Virus record (IMG/VR): IMGVR_UViG_3300028045_000007
Coordinates: 32,001-96,000 of that record
Source of the DNA: a virus
Strand: one strand, 5' to 3'
DNA: 64,000 nt
Below the pieces are notes generated by a model. It was not told the DNA's origin. It did no database searches and saw nothing but the letters and a program-made list of their open reading frames with translations. How positions within the stretch are numbered: position 1 is the stretch's first letter; the number at the start of each line of letters is the position of its first letter. Both the position numbers and the translations under genes were made by a program. Positions 56,958 to 64,000 of the stretch are shown here, one piece after another.

Positions 56958-58104
56958 GAAAACAGTAGAACCCGTGGATCAGGGAGATATCTCCTTTGAT
57001 TTTTTCAAGCAAGAGGTAGATGGTGACGGTGTACGGGTTATGACGCCACTTGAAGTTGGTGACCCTACAGCTAATCGAAGTGGCTCGTACAACCTAGACT
57101 ACGATCTTCACATTCCATTCCCGGCAGGACGCATCACTGAGGTGTTCGGCGAGGAGGGGACGTGTAAAACCACTCTAATACTTGAGGTGCTCGGTAGGGC
57201 AATTCAGGCGGGCAAGGTTGCTCTCTATGTCAATATGGAGAAAAACCTAAACCTATCATTGATGCGTACGGTGCGAACACTGCGTCCTTATCTTGATGAG
57301 GCCGTTACACAAATGGAAGAGGGCGTCACCGGCAAGTGTCCCCTATGGATTATAAACGCTACCAGTGGAGAGCAGGCGTTGGAGGCCATGAAGAAGTTTG
57401 CTTCTATGGTTCCCAATAGCGTTGCAGCCCTTGACTCTATTGATGCAGCACAACCATCGTCTGTGCTGTCGGGTGAGATTGGAGAGCGTAAAGTTGGCGA
57501 TCTCGCCAGACTGATGTCGGATGCTATGCGTAAACTTATCGGTGTAGCTGAACAGAATGACGTTGCGTTAGTGTTTGTCAATCAGGTTCGTGACAAGATT
57601 ACGATGTATGGTGATCCATCTACTACTCCTGGCGGCAGGGCAGTTAAGTTCTACTCCTCCCAACGTATCCGTCTCAAGCGACCGACCGCAAAGCAGATCA
57701 TCACAGATGTTGAGGGTAATCGTATTGGCGTGATCATCCCGTACAAGGTTGTTAAGAACAAAGTAGCCCCAGACGGTGAAGAGGGTACATTTCCCATCCT
57801 TTTCAAGAATGGCATCTTCCGTGAACAAGAACTAATCACTCGATGCTGTAACTTTGCCGTACTACGCATGGGCGGTAAAGGAGGTAAGCAGGTTTTCTTG
57901 CCGAAAGTTGATCGTGAGACTGGTGAATTCATTATGGAGAAAGGTGAGCGTGTTGAGTCTTGTATGACCCAATTCAATGCTGCTCGTCGTCTTCTTATGG
58001 ATAGCACGTTAGCCAGTAAGCTAGACAAGGAACTACAACAAGCACTACAGTCCGGTGGGCACGATCCGGTCGATGATCTACTAGATGAAATTCAAGACGA
58101 TTAG
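56941..58104 (+). CDS. recA: RecA-like recombinase
   Basis: P.GRITEVFGEEGTCKTT, LDSI, ARLMSDAMRKL, FVNQVR, TPGGRAVKFYSS.R, KNKVAP. Confidence 0.92.
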   Translation: MAKRRKKTVEPVDQGDISFDFFKQEVDGDGVRVMTPLEVGDPTANRSGSYNLDYDLHIPFPAGRITEVFGEEGTCKTTLILEVLGRAIQAGKVALYVNMEKNLNLSLMRTVRTLRPYLDEAVTQMEEGVTGKCPLWIINATSGEQALEAMKKFASMVPNSVAALDSIDAAQPSSVLSGEIGERKVGDLARLMSDAMRKLIGVAEQNDVALVFVNQVRDKITMYGDPSTTPGGRAVKFYSSQRIRLKRPTAKQIITDVEGNRIGVIIPYKVVKNKVAPDGEEGTFPILFKNGIFREQELITRCCNFAVLRMGGKGGKQVFLPKVDRETGEFIMEKGERVESCMTQFNAARRLLMDSTLASKLDKELQQALQSGGHDPVDDLLDEIQDD

Positions 58105-58504
58105 TGGACGCGAGGTTCGTATGGACATCTTGCCCGAACGCTACCCAATGCGTTCGCGAGACCAGTGTAAGTCTAATGGACAGTACTTACTTGGTCGCGT
58201 CTTGCGTAGTATCTATGGTCAACAAGCAATGATTCTAGAAGAGTTTCCGGTTGTTGGCGAGCGTCTATGGTTAGATTTTTTACTTCTACATCACAATCTT
58301 GCATTTGAGTATCAGGGTGCCCAACACGATAAGTTTAGTAAGTTTTTTCATGGCGACAAAAAGGGTTTTCAAAAATCCAAAATACGTGATGAACGCAAAC
58401 GACAGTGGTGCGAGATCAACGGTCTTGTTTTGGTAGAGGTGCGTGGCAATCCTACGGTCGCAGACGTACAACGCATGATTCAGGAGGCAAGGGCAGATGA
58501 CTAA
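58085..58504 (+). CDS. PD-(D/E)XK / DUF559-like endonuclease
   Basis: LDF...AFEYQGAQH...RDERKRQWCEING. Confidence 0.8.
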   Translation: MKFKTISGREVRMDILPERYPMRSRDQCKSNGQYLLGRVLRSIYGQQAMILEEFPVVGERLWLDFLLLHHNLAFEYQGAQHDKFSKFFHGDKKGFQKSKIRDERKRQWCEINGLVLVEVRGNPTVADVQRMIQEARADD

Positions 58505-59948
58505 TATTGCTGCCGAGAAGGTTTTCCTGGCTGGCGTTGTGCGTCATCCTACTAAGTTGTTTGAGTATATCGAATACTTAGATGAAGACGACTTTCATCA
58601 TACTGCTACATGTATGACATTTGAGGCTCTCCGCTCCCTTGTCGTCGATAAGGAGGCCGAGAAAGTTACTAAGGCTAAGCTTGTTGCTGAGGCCAAAGCA
58701 CTAGGACACCAGAACTTCTTGTCGGCCACGAAAAATGGAGAGTGGTTAGACGAACTCATTGCCGAAGAAGTAACTACCAATGAGCTTGACGCACACTTCA
58801 TGGAAGTTAAGCGTCAATCTCTTAAGTCTAAGTATCTCGATTCATTTTCTGAGCTACGCGACTATCTTTCGACTACTGACGACCCCTTGTCCATCATGAT
58901 TGGCAAGGTTGAGAATGACGTTGTTAGTAAAGTGAACATTCTGGATAAAGGCGAGCATGCCATCCAGGATATGCGTGAAGGATTTCAAGAATTCTTGGAG
59001 AGCCTTGCTGAAGATCCTGGACACATGGGTCTTGATATTGGCTATCCATTATGGCAAGAGAGGATTGGACAGATTCGTAACGGCACCATTACGTTTATTG
59101 TCGGTACGACGGGTAGCGGCAAATCTCAGTTTGGTATGAAGGCTGCTGTCATTGCTGCACGCAAGGGCATTCCTGTATTGTATCTTGATAGTGAGCTTAG
59201 CAAGCATGACCAGTGGGTACGTATGGCTGCCATGCTTGCCAAGGTTCCGTCTGAGTATGTTGAGACCGGGTTTGTATATCTGAACGAGTCGCAGTTGCGA
59301 GATAATGGAGTAACTGACCAAACTAAGATCGACGAGATTATTGCCTATGGTCGTCGCCTTCGTGATCCACGTCTTTGGGAAGCCGTGCAGAAGATGCCTA
59401 TCTTCTATCAGTCTATTAGCGGTCTGACTGTGCCGGATGTCATTCCGCATATGCGTCGTTGGCTTTTGACTCATGTGAAGCCAGACCGTGAGACGCGAGC
59501 GGCACAATGTCTCATCGTTTACGATTACATTAAGCTATCTATGACCACCGAGATCAGTCGTGGAGTATTGGCTGAGTGGCAGCAACATGGACTTCATGTA
59601 TCTCACCTTCATGACTTTGCTAACAGATACAATATTCCGATCATTGGATTTGGCCAGACCAACAACGAGCTAGACGAAGGGATTAGGTGTGTTGCTGGCG
59701 GTAAGCGGATCAGCGAGAACGTGGATTCCGTTAGTTACTTCAAACGCAAAACCGATGCAGAGCGTGCCAATGATAGCAGCGGTACACATATGGCCAAAAT
59801 CTTTAAGTCGCGTTATGGGCGTGGCCTATGGGGCGGTTACATCAACTTCAATGCCGACCTCAGGTTTGGTGAATTTACAGAACTAGACCTTGGTAGCGTA
59901 AGACCACCCGAGACAGACGAGGAAGAAGACGATGACGATGATAACTAA
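58497..59948 (+). CDS. dnaB: DnaB-like replicative helicase
   Basis: GTTGSGKS, YLDSE, VYDYIK, GQTN, KSRYG. Confidence 0.9.
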   Translation: MTNIAAEKVFLAGVVRHPTKLFEYIEYLDEDDFHHTATCMTFEALRSLVVDKEAEKVTKAKLVAEAKALGHQNFLSATKNGEWLDELIAEEVTTNELDAHFMEVKRQSLKSKYLDSFSELRDYLSTTDDPLSIMIGKVENDVVSKVNILDKGEHAIQDMREGFQEFLESLAEDPGHMGLDIGYPLWQERIGQIRNGTITFIVGTTGSGKSQFGMKAAVIAARKGIPVLYLDSELSKHDQWVRMAAMLAKVPSEYVETGFVYLNESQLRDNGVTDQTKIDEIIAYGRRLRDPRLWEAVQKMPIFYQSISGLTVPDVIPHMRRWLLTHVKPDRETRAAQCLIVYDYIKLSMTTEISRGVLAEWQQHGLHVSHLHDFANRYNIPIIGFGQTNNELDEGIRCVAGGKRISENVDSVSYFKRKTDAERANDSSGTHMAKIFKSRYGRGLWGGYINFNADLRFGEFTELDLGSVRPPETDEEEDDDDDN

Positions 59949-61008
59949 AGACCAGAAGCGTATCATACGCAATCACGCCAATCGTAATGTTACGCATCTC
60001 CTAGATAAGCTAGGTGTGCCATACTACGATCGAGGTGATGGTTTGATTCAGGCGTGCTGCCCATGTCAACAACATGGCGGAGACGGAGACAACGAGACGG
60101 CCTTTAGCTGGAGGCTTGATCTAGGCAAATGGGTTTGCTGGTCACATCACTGCGAGCAAGATCGCGGCAATGACATCTTTGGTTTAGTTAGCTGTATCTT
60201 GGGAGGAGACTTTATGGTCACTCTCAACTGGATCATTGAGACGCTAGAGGAGCGTCAAGTGGATCTGGACGAAGAGGTTGCAGATCCCGAGAATCTTCAT
60301 CGTGGTGTTAAACTTCATATTCATGAGCCACTCTCTGAAGACAACCTTCAATTTCTACAGGCCGACCCTCAATATCTTTTGAATCGCGGATTTGACATTG
60401 ATGTACTGCGTCAGTACGAAGTAGGACTTTGGAATCGTCCAGGCACATATATGGATGGTCGCGTCGTCTTTCCTGTTCGTGACCACGAAGGACATCTCGT
60501 TGGATATACTGGTCGCACAATCTATTCACCTGAGCATTTTGAGAAGCGAAGCCTAACGTTTAAGAAGTGGGTTCATGGCCGTCATTACAATCGGTGGCCC
60601 AAACGTGGAGACATCTTTACTGGCTCCATTTTATTCAATCTCTGTCGTGCGAAGAAGTACCTAGAGCCCAATCGACGTTTGATTTTGGTAGAGGGGCCAC
60701 TGGACGGCATAAAGCTAGAGGAGGCCGGGATTCATAATTGGGTTGGCACTCTTGGCACGAACTTTTGCCATGCTCACCGCACCTTGCTAGTGAAGTATGG
60801 AGTGAGTGATCTTTATGTAGCGTATGACAATGATGATCCTACCAAGTACAAGGACGGCTGTAGTCCTGGCGAAAAGGGATGGGAACGCATGGAGCGTGTC
60901 GTCGGCGACCTTTTCAATATGCACCGCATCGTCCTGCCGCCCGGCAAAGACTGTGGCGATCTAAGCACACAACTACTTCAAGACATTTTTCAAGGGATCG
61001 CATGTTAA
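59932..61008 (+). CDS. dnaG: DnaG-type DNA primase
   Basis: Zn finger (CP..H...CWSHHC), GRVVFP..D..G.LVGYTGR, TOPRIM VEGPLD and YDND. Confidence 0.9.
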   Translation: MTMITKDQKRIIRNHANRNVTHLLDKLGVPYYDRGDGLIQACCPCQQHGGDGDNETAFSWRLDLGKWVCWSHHCEQDRGNDIFGLVSCILGGDFMVTLNWIIETLEERQVDLDEEVADPENLHRGVKLHIHEPLSEDNLQFLQADPQYLLNRGFDIDVLRQYEVGLWNRPGTYMDGRVVFPVRDHEGHLVGYTGRTIYSPEHFEKRSLTFKKWVHGRHYNRWPKRGDIFTGSILFNLCRAKKYLEPNRRLILVEGPLDGIKLEEAGIHNWVGTLGTNFCHAHRTLLVKYGVSDLYVAYDNDDPTKYKDGCSPGEKGWERMERVVGDLFNMHRIVLPPGKDCGDLSTQLLQDIFQGIAC

Positions 61009-61979
61009 AACTCAAAAGCATTTCGCCGTCACGTATCAAGACGTTTGATATGTGTCGATTTAAGTACTGGTTGACGTATAACTGTCCAGACATTACCCTG
61101 AAATCAAATTGGGGTGCTTGTCATGGTTCTCTAGTTCACGACGTATTAGAGAATCTTTCGACGGGAGATGATCCCGATTGGGTTGCACGACTATATCGTG
61201 GGTATGGCGGCACTCTAGAAACTCTTGATCGGTATCAAAAGCCAGAGGTAATGGAGACTCCTTTGGTTTGGGCGAAGCCAAAAGACTACGCCGACAAGAA
61301 GCCTCACTGCGACACTTGTCCATACGCGGCTGATGGCGAATGTAGCATCTCGCGTGAGCCTTTGGATAAATTACCCGGCTGTCCTCGCTCGCTATTCGAT
61401 GGCTCTATTGCAATGATCGAGCGTGTGATAGAAAGGTATCAAGACACATGGCCGAATATCCTACGTGATCCAGAAGGAAAGTCTGTTGGCTGCGAGTACT
61501 TCTTTAAGATCAATATCCCCAAAACAGATGTTCCTATTTTGGGATATATGGACCTTGTGATTGAGAGAGACTCAGAGACGATTGAGGTTATTGACTACAA
61601 GAGTGGCACCTGGACACAAGATTACGACGAGTGTCGCAAGGATATTCAGGTTCGTATGTATTCACTCGCTGCTCGTCGTGAATTCATCGATGACATTAGT
61701 GGGCACGGATACAAATACAAGAACGTCATTATGACATTCGACTATTTTACCAAGAGCCCTATCACTGTAGCTTTTACCGCAGACGAAGATGCCAAGACCG
61801 AGCGTGACGTACTCTGTAAGATTCGAGAGATAGAAGCGACAGCATGGATTGATCGTGTCGTGAGGTCTAGCAAAGAGTTTAGCGAAAGACGAGCATGGAA
61901 GTGTAACTACTTGTGTGACTCTGGCGTTTGTGCCAACCAATGGAGTGGGAGGTTCAAGACTGATGAAGGGCAAAATTAG
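61002..61979 (+). CDS. RecB/Cas4-like PD-(D/E)XK exonuclease
   Basis: SPSRI..FDMC, GSLVHDVLE, GYMDL, IDYKSG, Q.RMY, C-terminal Cys cluster. Confidence 0.85.
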   Translation: MLKLKSISPSRIKTFDMCRFKYWLTYNCPDITLKSNWGACHGSLVHDVLENLSTGDDPDWVARLYRGYGGTLETLDRYQKPEVMETPLVWAKPKDYADKKPHCDTCPYAADGECSISREPLDKLPGCPRSLFDGSIAMIERVIERYQDTWPNILRDPEGKSVGCEYFFKINIPKTDVPILGYMDLVIERDSETIEVIDYKSGTWTQDYDECRKDIQVRMYSLAARREFIDDISGHGYKYKNVIMTFDYFTKSPITVAFTADEDAKTERDVLCKIREIEATAWIDRVVRSSKEFSERRAWKCNYLCDSGVCANQWSGRFKTDEGQN

Positions 61980-62571
61980 TAAGGACTGGATCGATGCCTA
62001 TTTTGAGTATGGCGTAGACGTTAATAACCGTAAGGTGTTTTTGTTTACTGGCGTAGACGAGGTAAGTATCGGTTATGTTATTAAGGGATTGTATTTAATG
62101 GAAGCCGAAATCACAACGGCTCAAAGAAACGCTGGTGACATTCCACCTATTGAACTTTTTATTGGTTCGTTTGGAGGTGATGAATACGAAATGTGGGCGT
62201 TATATGATGTCATGCGTACCCTTGAATCGCCCGTGCGTACAATTGCTATAGGTAAATGCATGAGTGCAGCCCCCCTTTTGGTTGCCTGTGGCCAACAGGG
62301 ACATCGTTATGCTACGCCAAACACATGGTTCATGGTACATCAGGGATGGGGCGAATATGGCGAGCAGCGTTACGACGAACTTAAAAAGAATATGAAACAC
62401 CAGGATGCCATGGATAAACGCTGGTATGAACTGATGGAGGCACACACTAATAAGCCAGCGTCATTTTGGAAGAGACACTGCGATCAGCCCGGCGACAAGT
62501 ACTTTAGTGCATATCAAGCACAAGAGTGGGGATTGATCGATCACGTTTGGGACGAGAAGGGAGGGGAGTAA
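61963..62571 (+). CDS. clpP: ClpP-family protease subunit
   Basis: IGSFGG, CMSAA (Ser), MVHQ (His), DKYFSAYQAQEWGLID (Asp). Confidence 0.88.
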   Translation: MKGKISKDWIDAYFEYGVDVNNRKVFLFTGVDEVSIGYVIKGLYLMEAEITTAQRNAGDIPPIELFIGSFGGDEYEMWALYDVMRTLESPVRTIAIGKCMSAAPLLVACGQQGHRYATPNTWFMVHQGWGEYGEQRYDELKKNMKHQDAMDKRWYELMEAHTNKPASFWKRHCDQPGDKYFSAYQAQEWGLIDHVWDEKGGE

Positions 62572-63257
62572 TGGCTAAACATACGGTTATAGTTTGTTGT
62601 TGGGAACATGGTCACGAGACTGAGCTTGTTATGACGAGACGCCAAGAGGAACGATTGGCCGAACAACTCAAAAAACTCAAGGCCGTGTGTCCCGTTTGTC
62701 GTAATGCCGAAAATGGCAATCAGCCAATCTTTATTAAGGAGGGCGAGACGCTGTTCAACCCCTCTAAGATTTACCGCTGTCGTCACGGGCATATCACCAC
62801 GATTGGTGCGTTTCAGAATGGTCACTTACACGTTAGATATGGCAATGGGCCGGAAGAATTCGTGAATATCGAGTGTACTCTCGAAGAACTCCCAGATCTT
62901 GTTGACACGAAGGACGTTTCGTGCCATCATATAGGAGACGCTGACAAGGAATGCGACTGTAAACTCAAAGAAGTTGACGATTTCGAGTTATCTGTCCCAA
63001 GAGCGGCTGGTATCAAGACGATCACACGTGTTGGCGACCTATGGGATAAGGCGGGCATCGAGCCCGTTCGTGATGGCAAGTATGATGGTGACGGCAATTA
63101 TCGTGCAACACGCACCGAGAAGGCAAATCGTCACAGGCTCGCCGCTAAACGTAAGCGTCTCATGGACGAAGATAAGCATCCTGGCAAACGGATGACCAAG
63201 ACATCGAAGAAAAAGTATACCCGTCGTCGCAAGAGCGACCTGGACATGGGATCATGA
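62571..63257 (+). CDS. Cys/His-rich hypothetical protein with a basic tail
   Basis: CWEHGH, CPVC, CRHGH, CHH, CDC. Confidence 0.65.
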   Translation: MAKHTVIVCCWEHGHETELVMTRRQEERLAEQLKKLKAVCPVCRNAENGNQPIFIKEGETLFNPSKIYRCRHGHITTIGAFQNGHLHVRYGNGPEEFVNIECTLEELPDLVDTKDVSCHHIGDADKECDCKLKEVDDFELSVPRAAGIKTITRVGDLWDKAGIEPVRDGKYDGDGNYRATRTEKANRHRLAAKRKRLMDEDKHPGKRMTKTSKKKYTRRRKSDLDMGS

Positions 63258-64000
63258 CATTTGCACACCTGAACGTACACTCGAAAGCCTCGATGCTGTA
63301 TGGGTCTGCCGACATTAAAGACCTAATCAAGCGAGCCAAGGAGTTAGGACAGCCAGCTATCGCACTGACGGACTACAGTAACATGTATAACGCAGTCACG
63401 TTCTATCGTGAAGCGGACAGGGCTGGGATCAAGCCGATCATTGGTATTGATCTTTACTTTTGCGAGGACGCTGAACAGCTTAGGATTCAACGTGTACGTC
63501 AGGTTTCTCACGTTGTGCTTTTGGCCGAGAACGAGGAGGGCATGAAAAACATTGCTAGACTGGTTTCATCGGCCCACGACAAAGAGCACTTCTACTACAA
63601 CCCACGTATTGATTTTAAGCTCCTAGAACAATATAACGAAGGGATTATCTGTTTGACGGGTAGTAGTTTGGACGGCGTAATTGCCTCCAAGCTATTTGAT
63701 AAGGTTGCACCCGATGGTGAGGTCATGGAGCCCGCCGCTCTATTTAGGGCAGAGGGTCTTGTTCGTCGTTTCCTTAAGATCTTTGATACTAACCACTTCT
63801 TTTTAGAGGTGCAAGATACAGGACTTGCAGAGCAGGAAGTAATCAATACTCGTCTTCGTAATATTGCCATGAAGTATGGCCTCAAGACTGTTGCTACAAA
63901 CAATGTACATTATGTTGAGCAACATGCAGCCGAGGCACACAAGACGCTGCTTGAGACTGGTACCAGCAAGTTTAGTCGTGCTACTTACACCGACTTTACT
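63254..64000 (+). CDS. dnaE: DNA polymerase III alpha subunit, N-terminal PHP domain (truncated by the window)
   Basis: Manual translation MTFAHLNVHSKASMLYG...AIALTD...GIKPIIG...HVVLLAEN...PRID...VATNNVHY. Confidence 0.93.
   Translation, partial: MTFAHLNVHSKASMLYGSADIKDLIKRAKELGQPAIALTDYSNMYNAVTFYREADRAGIKPIIGIDLYFCEDAEQLRIQRVRQVSHVVLLAENEEGMKNIARLVSSAHDKEHFYYNPRIDFKLLEQYNEGIICLTGSSLDGVIASKLFDKVAPDGEVMEPAALFRAEGLVRRFLKIFDTNHFFLEVQDTGLAEQEVINTRLRNIAMKYGLKTVATNNVHYVEQHAAEAHKTLLETGTSKFSRATYTDFT

Noticed and set aside
1-64000. Alternative genetic code (stop-codon reassignment)
   Set aside because: Core genes are full length under the standard code, and TAG, TGA and TAA all end genes.
17231-64000. 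Inteins or introns in terL, recA, dnaB, dnaG or the dnaE fragment
   Set aside because: No C...HN splice motifs or LAGLIDADG blocks seen, and the reading frames are continuous.

Overview
The window is a 64-kb, gene-dense segment of a large tailed dsDNA phage, probably siphovirus-like (tail tube and 1,727-aa tape measure, no sheath gene seen), read in the standard genetic code. It has three blocks. (1) 1-11.7 kb, minus strand: accessory genes, including a metallophosphoesterase, a Pol-beta/RlaP-type nucleotidyltransferase, a SLOG protein, a dCMP deaminase, a matrixin-like protease and several exported lipoproteins, with sigma70-type promoters and a recombination scar. (2) 11.9-55.9 kb, plus strand: a phage sigma factor, two glycosyltransferases, two FkbM methyltransferases, an ERCC4 nuclease, terminase, portal, prohead protease/scaffold, capsid, neck, tail and LamG/PKD fibre genes, punctuated by a recurring TTAGTGTA putative late promoter. 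(3) 56-64 kb, plus strand: replication and recombination genes (RecA, DnaB, DnaG, PD-(D/E)XK nucleases, ClpP, DnaE truncated by the window edge). The leading candidate for an undescribed system is virion surface glycosylation: outer tail and neck proteins are enriched in Ser-Gly-(hydrophobic) motifs, and the sugar transferases and O-methyltransferases sit inside the morphogenesis operon. Other notable signals are apparent avoidance of GCGC, a candidate pseudoknotted RNA after the tail tube gene, and paralogous tail chaperones in place of a frameshift. All calls come from motif recognition and hand counting; no database searches were run.
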